From Lingula anatina (taxonomy: Eukaryota; Animalia; Brachiopoda), in NCBI GenBank assembly GCA_051362555.1, contig CM120643.1, forward strand, positions 4,960,001-5,024,000: a stretch of DNA of 64,000 nucleotides. Reading direction: 5' to 3'. The notes beneath the pieces are model-generated. The model saw nothing but the letters and a program-made list of their open reading frames with translations, made no database searches and had not been told where the DNA came from. This document shows, one piece after another, positions 12,440 through 23,118 of this stretch (position 1 is the stretch's first letter; each line of letters opens with the position of its first letter). The translations under genes were made by a program, and so were the position numbers.

Positions 12440-15400
12440 ATGGCGGACGAGGCGGGAGGGAGAAAGAGGAGAGCGAGGAGAAACTTGTTAACTTTATCTG
12501 AAAAAAGAGAAGAAAGCAGGCTTCAGCTCTGAAGATCGCAAAAAGCAGAGTGTACATTGGAGTGGAAATAGAGAGATGGAAAGAATTGAAAGGCAAAATG
12601 GAAGCAAAGACGGACGAAGCGGTAGCCACGTTTCTGCTAGATCGGTAAGTCGTATTTGTCGGCTTTGTTTATGATGTAAATTGGTATCAAGACCACCGAG
12701 TAATTTATCTGGTACACAAATTTCATACGAATATGCTTTCTGTCTTAATAGAATGAGAGAGAAATAGTTCTACCGTCTAGGGCAACCGATGTGTACAAGT
12801 AGTCGTAGTAATACTAGATGACACGTGCAACGCTTTGTTCTCATAAAACCATACGTAGCAGAATCTTATAGATTGCATTCAGTGTTTTACAACGAATGAG
12901 AAATCAGGGTGAGGAGAAGAGGAAGAGCTTGCATTTTAATTGACTGTAACACGGCTGACATAGAAATAGTAATCCCAAACAATATTTAAATTCCCTGCTT
13001 GACAGAGTTCTCATGTGAATTCTAGAGATCTCATCTAATGCATCATATGTATGTCAACATATACCACAAACCACTGACATTAATATATGAATCATATGTC
13101 ATAAAAGCCACATAATATATATCCTGTAAGCAAATAAATGTCAGCGTTTATTACAAATAAAAATATGTTGATATTTGTGATCAGAGAGAGCAAATTAGCT
13201 TTGCCCACATGCTTAGAATTGCACATTTTCCAACATTTGAATGCATTTGCATTCCAATTTCTGACAATGAAATGTTATAAAAAGGTCTAGTAACTGCTTT
13301 TATTATGGAAACATAATATGTATGAATTACTTTTTAAAGAAAATTTTTAAAGGATAATAATTTTGGGAAAAAATAATAAAGCATTGGCAAATATATATTG
13401 TTTTAGGTATGACCTCTCTCAAGCTGCAGTATCTGAGGATCCTGCTGTACCATCTACATCTGGTTTCTCACAGGAGAAGCAGATGCTTTTGGGTCCAGTC
13501 GCCACAGCTGTACCATCAACCTGGGCCAAAACATCTACACCAGACATGAAGATGAAAGGCAAACACATGGTGGAGAAAACACCGTCAGCCTCAGAAATAT
13601 CATCTTGTGAATCAGAGCCGTAAGTTTATCCTTATAAAATATTCTAATTTCAAAATTATGTCTGGCCCTCATAATTATTGTTATAACTCAATCAATGTTG
13701 TCCATCCAATGTTGTTCATCTGATTTTTTTTCTTTAATACATTCAAGTTTCATTTTCCTAATTTTTTTTTAGAATGATGGTGTCAAGATTGGAGCACCTT
13801 TCAAAAGAAGCTGGATCAGATAAAGAGTAGGTTTACATCAAATGAAGTCTTCCTGTTATCAAAGAAAATAATCAGAGCTTTTTAAACTACACTTTAAATG
13901 TGTTTCCTTCCGTGAATCCAGACAAACCCCCTTTCTGCCAATTTTAATTGGTCTTTTTTTCACTTATATAGCTAAATATTAGAACGACCATATAATTCCT
14001 GCTTTGTCTCATTGGTTAATCCTAGATAATTTGTAATTTAGGATATAGGTGCTTATTTCATTGCTGTTTCATATGATGTTTAAAAATCCATTACAGGAAA
14101 AGTGAAGGAAAAGCTCAAGCCTCTGGCATCCGTGCACATAAACCTACTGAGCTGTCTGATTCCTTCTGTGATCCCTTCAAGTGAGTTTTTTTTTAATCTT
14201 GTGAAGAGAGAGGTGTAGAATCCTACAATATTTACACATTAGAAATCATTAATTTGTGTTGATTGATAGTGACATATACTGAATGATGATTTGTCTCATT
14301 TTTGCTAATTGCAACACCTTATAATTGCAGTTTGTCAATAGACATTCATGTGGAGAATCCTGAAATTGAAGTTAGTGGTGATGATGAAGAGGAGGACCCA
14401 GATTACGACCCAGCTATTGACATTTATGCTGTATTGTAAGTATTTTTTATGTATTTTTCAAGTAAAAGATTACAATGCCAAATAAATGATAGAAATACAG
14501 TTCGAAAGATTTATGTCATGCAATTGCCTAATGGGCTCAGGTATTGCACTAAATGTTTACAGGAAAAATGTCCCACTTTTTTATTCTTATTTCTTTGTAA
14601 ATTTGCGCAATTCACCAAGCATCTCCTCAATTACCATGAAAGTGTGTATATAAAAATTGAATGTTAGTATTATCATTAAAGATGCTTGACTAATGTCATT
14701 CATTCTCATTTTAGTAAAAAGATGTAAGTACATTGTTTAATATAATGATTTATAACATTTACACAATCAGACCTGATGGCGTAGTCCAGATAGCACCTGA
14801 TGTATCCTTTGAGGAGATGGATTTTGGGTTTGAGATCCCAGGAGGTGATGGAATTATAGAGAATGAAGAGGACACTGCACCATCTCCACCAGGAATCAGG
14901 CGTATTGAAAGTGACGAGGACTGTGAAGATATAGTCAATGCAACAAAATGTTTTGTCTTCGTGGAACAGTTGATGCAACTGGCTAGAATATACATTCCAA
15001 ATTGTGCATCTTGTAAGAAACCCACAGAGATAAAGGAATCTTACGTTGGTTCAGCCTTATACCTCAAGTGGGTATGTATTTACCATAAATTTGAAAGTCA
15101 CCCTGTTTTTAACATGTGCATTTTATGACTGTTGTTCATGTAGGAATGTTCCTTGTAGGCTGCTATGAAAATATATCAGCAAAATTTAAGTTCTTTAGCC
15201 CTGCATAATGATTCTCTACACATTAACCACTCTAGTACGTCTATTTCTATGGAAGTTGGAGCAACCATTGTGCACATTATTTTGTTATTATGGACCAGCA
15301 GAAATGAAAGTGTAATTTATTTATAGGTATGTGACTCTGGGCACTTAAGTGGTCAGTGGTGCACACAGCCGCATCTCAACCGCAGACTTCACAGCGGAGA

Positions 15401-18042
15401 TTTTTTAATGTCGGCAGCCATACTGACCTCCGGCAACAATTTTAGCAAGATGTCTATGTGGGCTGACATGCTGAATGTTAGATTCACGTCTGCTGATCAA
15501 TTCATGAAGATCAGCAGAACATACATCATCCCAACTATTGACAAGCACTGGGAGGAACACCAGAAACAGGTGTTGAATGAAATGAAAGAAAAAGATGTAG
15601 TTGTTTTAGGTAGGTACAGATTTTATATGCATGGTAGCAAAAACAAATGTTCTGATAACATTGGCTGTATAATGATTGTTAGTCTTTTAGATGAGTTCAG
15701 GCATTGCATTTCTCATATAATCATAAATCAGCAAAGACTAAAGTTTATTTTAGTATACACTTATAGAAATTATGAATCATAATAAAAAGAATGTTTTTGT
15801 GCAAATGAAACAATTTTTATTAAATATATTATTGAATACTATAACGATCTAAGTGGCAATGAAATGAATGTTTTAATTTATGATTTTTTATTGAATTGTG
15901 TTATCTGCATATGCGTTATAATCTTGTTTTGTAGGTGATGGCAGAAACGATACGCCAGGTCACAGTGCTCAATACTGCACGTACACACTTATGGACAATG
16001 ACACAAAAAAAATTCTCACGGTCCATACGTTAGATAAAAGAATGACGGACCGTAAATCAGCAAACATGGAAAAGGCTGGGTTTATTGCCGCCATGAGAGA
16101 GTTACAAGCCAAAGAAATAAAGATTGTAGAGGCTGTTACTGATGCCCATATTGGGATAGGTGCAGTAATGAGTAAGCACTTTTTCACTAACACTTGTCAC
16201 TGAAATTTTGATCTGTATATATTCTGCGTTCACAAAATTTAGTATTAAATTATTCATGCGAAGGGTAGTATTTTTTTTGTCCTCTTACACATTTGGTTAC
16301 ATGACTTTATTTTGACATTGTTCAATTTTATTTTCAGAAAGTGAATATCCCGGCATTAAACACTCACATGATATTTGGCATGTGGCAAAGAATCTGGGAA
16401 AAAAACTGGTCAAGGTATGTCAAAAGTACACGCACCTGTGTTGGATTTCTAACATGGTCAACATGTAAATTGAGTAATGTTATATTTATGAATAACTATC
16501 CAAGAAATTATCCCTCTCTTCTTGCTCAATTATAATCGAAAGTAATGTAAATGCCTATACCTAATAAGGTGCACCCATGCATTTGTGTTTCTTGTAATAG
16601 GTCGCTCAGAAGAAGGGTAATGGTGTTCTCCTGAAGTGGTGTAGGGATATTGTTAACCATTTCTGGTTTTCTTGCAAAAAGGCTGAAAGCTATCCATCAT
16701 TTGTGGTGAGTAATGTTAGGTTACTTTCATGTCAGTTTTGCTCATGTCATTTTCCCATTAGTAAATTATATTGATGTTTTGAGATCAATTATTCAGATGG
16801 AAGTTGCATTGAAGCGAAATCATTTTTTTTCTTTTCAAAAAGGTTTTATTCTAACATTTGTATGTTGCAATGTAGTTTTTAAGACGCGCTTGTAAGTGTA
16901 TGTTATAAAATATAATCTCTGTGCATGTCTGTTGCACTAAATCCCCATGAATCTGGTGTTCTGCCTATGACTGCCAAAACTAAAGAATCAGGTTATTTTA
17001 AATCTTAAATTTTTGTAATATCAATGCATTGTTTTTCTATTGTGTTCACTGAGTAATTGTAAGTTTAAATTGCTTGTTATAGAGTATCTGGAGAAGTGTG
17101 CTTAACCACATCACAAACCAACACGAGTGGATTTTGTCTTACGGAGGAGTGAACCATTGCCTCCATGAGCCACTTACAGAAGACGAAGTAAGGGACAAGG
17201 AGTGGCTTTCCCCTTCAGAACATGCCCATGTGTTGAAAGACTTGGCTTCAGTTGTCCTAGATAAAAGGCTTCTGAAGAATGTTGGGTATTATCTCAATTT
17301 TAGGTAAGCAATCCACATAGGGCACGGGAAAGTAGAAGCTTATGATAATTTTTGTAAAATTGGTTTGAGTCAAAGGATATCAAATGTCATAAGCACTATA
17401 ATGCACCCGTTATATATTTTATATATGTATTACAGCTTCAGTTAATGGTAGACTATAAATTATCTTTGCTTCCCTTTTAGGAGTACAGCAGAGTTGGAGG
17501 GTTTCCACCAACATCTACTAATGTATTGTGCCAAGCGCTTTGCTTACACACCACCCGTGTACAGGGCACGCAACAGGTTGGCTGCACTGGACCATAACTT
17601 AAATTTGGATAGGCCAGTGGAGGTGAATAGAAATGGAGAAGTAAGGTAAGAAAATTGATTTGCTGTAGACATCTCAAGGCAATATTTCATTAAAAAGACT
17701 TGATTTTTTATGCAAATCTAGAAAAAAATGAATGCAGTTTTATTTACAATCTTGACACATTTATTGGAGTTCATATTTCTTTCAAGGTACCACAGAGTGT
17801 ACAATAAAAAAAGTGGACGCTGGACAGTGCACCCAGTCAAGTCCAGGAAACAGTATGGATACATCAAGGCTCTGCATTCTGACGCTGTCAAAATGAGGAT
17901 TCAGGATCCCATTGGAATGCAGAAGACAGTTTTAGAAGAAAATGACCCCAGGCGCATTTCCAAAGTCCTTGCACCCATTCAGCCTCCTCCAACTCAGCAG
18001 CTGGTGCTGGAGAAGAAGTCCAGATTTACTGTCAATGAGTAA
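12440..18042 (+). CDS. Kolobok DDE transposase, 13 exons, ~768 aa; one 1-nt frameshift in exon 1 (A6 run at 12501-12506)
   Basis: Manually spliced GT-AG exons with matching phases: 12440-12644, 13407-13619, 13773-13826, 14097-14180, 14331-14435, 14771-15071, 15327-15609, 15935-16171, 16338-16414, 16601-16705, 17083-17303, 17481-17645, 17787-18042. Motifs: CxxC...WVCDSGH zinc-binding module, GDGRNDTPGHSAQYCTYT (D1), VTDAH (D2), HDIWH, NHFWFSC, STAELEGFH (E), YCAKR, LAALDHN. Confidence 0.9.
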
Positions 18043-18331
18043 AAGGTTCTAAGACCTTTTTCAACTGAGAACAAATGACACAAACACAAGGAGATCTTGA
18101 GCAAAATGTTCATAAGTTTGGCACTGGAATCATATAACAGTAATTGTGTAGCACAAGCTGTATGTTTTCCTTATTCTTAGCTTACCACCGCCTCACATCA
18201 TTCAGAGGAGAACCTTTCAGCAGTTAAAATAGTGAATCTGAAGAGGTGATTTGGTTGTGACTGAACAAACATAACACACAATATGTTTATGAGATGTGTG
18301 GGTCTATCACATTAAAAACTTTAAAAAAAAC

Positions 18332-18458
18332 TGTGCTAAATAATTACTAAGAATTGAGGGAGTTCTAACTAGCTTGTGCTAAATAATTACTATTAATTGA
18401 CAAGAGTTCTAACTAGCTTGTGCTAAATGATTACTACTAATTGACGGAGTTCTAGCTA
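18332..18458. repeat. 44-bp tandem repeat (3 copies) immediately downstream of the KolX stop codon
   Basis: TGTGCTAAATAATTACTA...GAGTTCTAACTAGCT is repeated three times. Confidence 0.8.
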
Positions 18459-20390
18459 GCCAATCCTGTTAGGAATAAACCCCCTATAATGTCCATAGGC
18501 ATCTGGAAATTTGTCTCTAATTGCCCACACAGAGCAGGATGGGATTACTCTCCTGTTGCCAGCCCCTAGATGACCGTGGACCCACAGCGTAAATTGTCTA
18601 TACGCTTGATATCTGTTAGCTTTTGTGTTGTTTTCTTCATCGTCTAGAGCCAGAACATCCCTTCTGTAAAGTCTTGCAAGGTTCAATACCCCCTCATCTA
18701 AGTTGAGAACAGAGAAGTCCTGTAAAATACAAGAACATTACATTACTTAACTGGTAGATGTGATGATAAGGTTTGCAACTGTATGTAAGCATATGTACAC
18801 CACTGAAAACGAGTATGTTCAAGTCACAAGTGGTTTAAGTCAACTCAGCAAATTGTATTTAGTCTGTCTCACTTAATTTGAAAAAAAACTTGTCAAATAT
18901 GCCTTAAAGTAATGTTTATTTTGAATAAAATATTTTGCTGAAATTTCACTTACTGGTAATAATGTAATGCAGTTTTCCTTTCCACAACACTGTTTTTCAA
19001 TGTCTGTTGGCATCTCTCTACATTTCTGGCACACACACCAGGATGGTGATGCCACATCAGGCTGTGGATGGTATCCACCTGGCTGTGGCACTGGAGGCTG
19101 TAACAGGTCAAATACAAGACTGGGATGCTTCTCAGCCATAGACAAACATATGTCCCTTAACTGGGCAACATCCATTTTAGAAATAGCATTCTGAAAAATA
19201 AGCAGTAGATTTAAAAATAAATAGTTTATGCAAATCTGCCTTGCCAAATGTCTTATTCATTCTTGATTTTCCTTAAGATCATCAACATACAGTAATTCCC
19301 TAGTGCTCAAAACTTTTGGATAGTATTGGATTGCAATCTATGTCATTAATGAGTTCTTCTCAACTATAGCAGGGATTTTAGAGAGGTGTGTTATTCAGAG
19401 ACAAATCAGATGATGTTTTCATTGCAGATTACCCTGCCTTTTTGCCAAATTACAAATAAATAAATACATAAATAATTTTAAAAAACAGTTTAGCAGAACA
19501 TATACCTAATACAAATTACCAAAATTGAATAACCTTCTCTTACCCTCATTGTTTCTTGTCTTTTCAAAAGATTTTCCGCAGCAACTTCTGCCACCTGGTC
19601 CCTCGATGATCTCTGTGAAGATCTGCTTCTACTAGATAGCCTGCTAACTCCTCTTCCTCTTCTACCTCTTCCACCCCTTTCTCTACCACCTCTGCTTCTA
19701 CCTCTTCGCCATCTACCTGTACTTGGTCTTACAGCTTCCTCAGTACTCTCTGCACTACTACTAGTACTACTTGATCTAAAACCTGGCAAAATTTCACTTT
19801 CCTGAAAAAAAGTCCAATAATGATTCAAATAGTAGGTTAACAAAGAATGTACGGTTATGAGAAAATACACGTACTTTTGTACATAAATCTGCATTTTGCC
19901 CTTAATCCAAAATAATAATAATAATCATAATAAATGGTGAGAGAACACTGCTGAATTCAACTTCAGCACGATATTATATAATGTACTATGTTACAACTAC
20001 ATGTAATTGTGGTACTTAGCGTGCGATGGTACGTTACCCGAGGGATATACATATATATCAGAGCAGAATCTACTCGTTTTTCACAGAAAAACACCCCTCA
20101 AGCCCCCAAAATGCGTATATCGCCACGCTCACATAACATCTCTTGATATTTAATTCTTACATGTATTCTTCCGTAAACTTCGCAGCCATTTACTTGTAGA
20201 ACCCAAAACACATTTCTATCGATAAATTGCAGAAACACAAGCTCTTGTGTGTGAATGTTTCTGAGAAGACCTACCAGACTTTAGACAATAATGCTGGCTA
20301 CTAAACTACTGATTTACAACGATCAAACGTCTACGCATTAAACGTATTCGTGAACAAAACAACGGAGAAAAACATTGTACTCACCGCCAT
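18456..20390 (-). CDS. KolX-type accessory protein with a P2X7 intracellular (ballast)/nanor-like Cys-rich domain, 4 exons, 254 aa
   Basis: Phase-0 exons: 20390-20385 (ATGGCG|GTGAGT), 19801-19544, 19190-18954 and 18719-18456, giving an uninterrupted ORF. Motifs: [61 protein letters not shown], and GHYRGF. Confidence 0.9.
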
Positions 20391-20585
20391 GCTTGCCTTT
20401 ATTTTCGTTTACCTAATATGGAACTAGTTGCGCGCGCATCAACTCCATCTATGGACATAGCTGCGCGCGCTTATTTAAATAAGCCTTTACGGAAACTGCC
20501 GAGAGTTATTAATAGCATAGAGAAAAATGCAGAAAAAAGCTGTTTAAATGCTATTTTCCGGAAATATTAAGCGTTATATCTCTAA

Positions 20586-20800
20586 CACCCCATTCTCATA
20601 GATTAGATCGACCTACATTGGATCGACCTAACTCCCTGGGGATTCACGCTAAATAGCTGTCAGCCGGGCGGACACGAAAGTTAATTACCCCTTAAAGCTT
20701 GTAGTAGGCGGGGACGGACACTTAAGAGGGATTATCTGACAGTAATCTAGTGAGACTCCCCGCGGTGATAGATCGATCTAAAAGTTGTGAGAACAGAGCC
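20586..20800. mobile_element. Family A Harbinger-like MITE nested in the Kolobok right subterminal region
   Basis: TAA flanks at 20583-20585 and 20801-20803, TAGATCGA subterminal motifs, and homology to 2277-2487 in the opposite orientation. Confidence 0.75.
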
Positions 20801-21757
20801 TAAGATATGCTATATGGAACTATGTGGTGGCATTTGGACGGGATTTATGGCACAAAATTTGGCTTAGTATGCATCTTTAACCCTTGTAACCTTGAACATA
20901 TCAAAAACTGATTTGGATCTCAATGACCCATTTACAAATGATAATTTCTCAGTTACAACATATAGTGGCGATGGTCACAATGGGATTGATTAGAATCACC
21001 ATATTGTAGCAATATCGTTGTTGCACTGACCTTTGCTGATACTGTGTGGTTGTAGAACGAGATGGTGAACAGAGGAATTCAACTGTCCTCAGTGTAATGA
21101 TAATCCAGGAAACACGCCTTCATTTCTACTGAAAACAGTTAATAAATCATCAATAAAAAAATACATATTTATATATATGTAGACATATACGGTAGTTACA
21201 ACACAGACATCTCTCTAACTCACACGCACACACAAACCCTTCTCTCTTTCTCTCACACACACACACATTCACACAGAGAAAGAAACACACCAAGACATCA
21301 TTGAGACTTAATGAAGACTTCAGCTTCACTGTAAGGTGCTGCCACCAAGTGGATAAAGAAAGCACTACATTGTAAAATGCAGCAATGGGAAGAGCATCCC
21401 CAAGCAGTAAAGTATCATATCTTGAAAAAGAAAATATGTAACAAACCAAAGGAAAATGAAGAAATTGATTTCAATAATTTATTCAAATAAATTGTTCACA
21501 CAATAGCTCAGGATTCAAACGACTGCGCATGTGCAAAAAGTGCACTGTTTGAAATAAACAAGTTGGTGAAATTGACAAAGCCTGTCGGTGTTTAGCCACT
21601 GGTTGATTTGATTTAATTTGCCCTCAGGTGTTGTTTTGAAAATTTATATTACAATTTTACAAACATTCTATTGATTTGAATTCAGCTGTTCTCAGTGTGA
21701 TGATAATCGTGGATATGCACCTTCATCTCTACTGAAAACAGATAATAAATCATCAAT

Positions 21758-21798
<41 letters not shown>

Positions 21799-22135
21799 AG
21801 ACACATACAGAGACAATTAAGACATTTTATCTATATCAAGATTTTTGCTAATCAAACCGTTGTCCCCAAAGGCCGAAAATTTTACATTAACCCTTGTGAC
21901 CTTGAACATACATAAAACTGAGTGGGATATATAAGTGACCCTTTTCCAAAATGATAATTTTTCAGGTACAACATATAGCGGCAATGGTCACAATGGTCAC
22001 CTGTGTAGCAATATCCTTGTTGCACTGACCTGTGCTGATGATGCTGTGAGGTTGAGATGGGTTCAGCTATCCTCAGTGTGACGATAGTCCAGGAAACACA
22101 CCTTCATCTCTACTGAATCAGATAATACATCATCA

Positions 22136-22448
22136 ACTAAAAAAGCACACCGAGAGCATAGACCTCTGCCAAGGCAGCAAAGTCTCCACCCAATGCCTTT
22201 CACCCCTAAATTTTAATTCTATAATGATAAAGTTTTTTGATTTTTGATTATTGATTGACTAATGATCCAGATCACCACCAAAAAGTAATCATCTGTTCCT
22301 TGGCCCACTTCTGACAGTTCCAGAAAATTTCATCAAAATCGGTCCATAACTTTTTCTGTAACGTTGCTAACAGACAGACAGACAGAAAGACAGATAGACA
22401 GACAGGCAAACTAACAGAACCAAAAACATAACTTCCTTGGTGGAGGTA
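22136..22448 (+). mobile_element. Short non-autonomous Helentron/Helitron2-type element (HINE-like)
   Basis: Inserted in the array motif CATCAA|TAAAA without a TSD. It has an (ACAG)n microsatellite followed by the terminal hairpin ACTTCCTTGGTGGAGGT. Confidence 0.7.
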
Positions 22449-22754
22449 ATAAAAAATAAATATGTAGACACATACACTAGTTATAACACAGAAATATCAC
22501 AGTGATTAAAATATATTATTATATTATATAATAAACACATACAGCAACAATAAAGACATAGACGGTGATGAGAACAGTACAGACACATTAAATGTCACAA
22601 CAGACAATGCACAGGTATCAGAATGTATATATGAAAAAATTTTGTCCATAAAAATAATTATGCTAAGCAAACCCTCACCTCCCCAACTTCGAACAGTTCA
22701 CATAAACTCTTGTCACCTTAAAAAAATATATATATATAACTGAGTGGGATCTAA

Positions 22755-22952
22755 TACTGAATTCCCAATGATTTAGATCGATCCATCTGGATTGACCTAA
22801 CTCATTGGGGGTTCACGCTAGTGCGCACAGAAGTTAATTACCCCTTACAGCTTTTAGTAGTCAGGACAGACATTTAAGCCGGCTAATCTGACAGTAATCT
22901 AGTGAGACTCCCCACGGGGTTAGATCGATCTAAAATCTGTGGTAATGCACTG
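22755..22952. mobile_element. Family A Harbinger-like MITE
   Basis: TAA flanks on both sides; homologous to 20586-20800 and 39696-39921. Confidence 0.7.
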
Positions 22953-22955
22953 TAA

Positions 22956-23118
22956 GGCTTCATTCACATGGAAAATCTATTTTCTAAAAATTGAGAATTA
23001 ATTACAGCTTTGGAAGTAACTGGGTCGCGCTGCCAGTAATTATGCCGCGGGGTATTCAGGGCACAGACCGTGATCACAAGATACCGCAAATAGAAAATAG
23101 GTTCATATGAACGGCCCC
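22956..23118. mobile_element. Second Harbinger-like MITE (family B, 163 bp)
   Basis: TAA flanks and imperfect TIRs (GGCTTCATTCACATG..CTATTTTCTA / TAGAAAATAG..CATATGAACGGCCCC). Confidence 0.65.

Larger units (their letters stand above)
12174..20876 (+). mobile_element. Full-length Kolobok-superfamily DNA transposon (8703 bp)
   Basis: TTAA at 12170-12173 and 20877-20880. Removing the element restores the array motif ACATTAACCCTTGT. Termini are AGATGCATACAAACC / GGCTTAGTATGCATCT (RR...YY ends). It contains a DDE transposase gene and a convergent KolX-like gene. Confidence 0.93.

Noticed and set aside
18456-19247. Host P2X7 receptor gene
   Set aside because: Only the intracellular ballast-like domain is present, with no transmembrane or ectodomain exons, and it lies within transposon termini.
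12170-20880. piggyBac assignment based on the TTAA TSD
   Set aside because: The ends are AG...CT rather than CC...GG, and the transposase motifs and second gene fit Kolobok.
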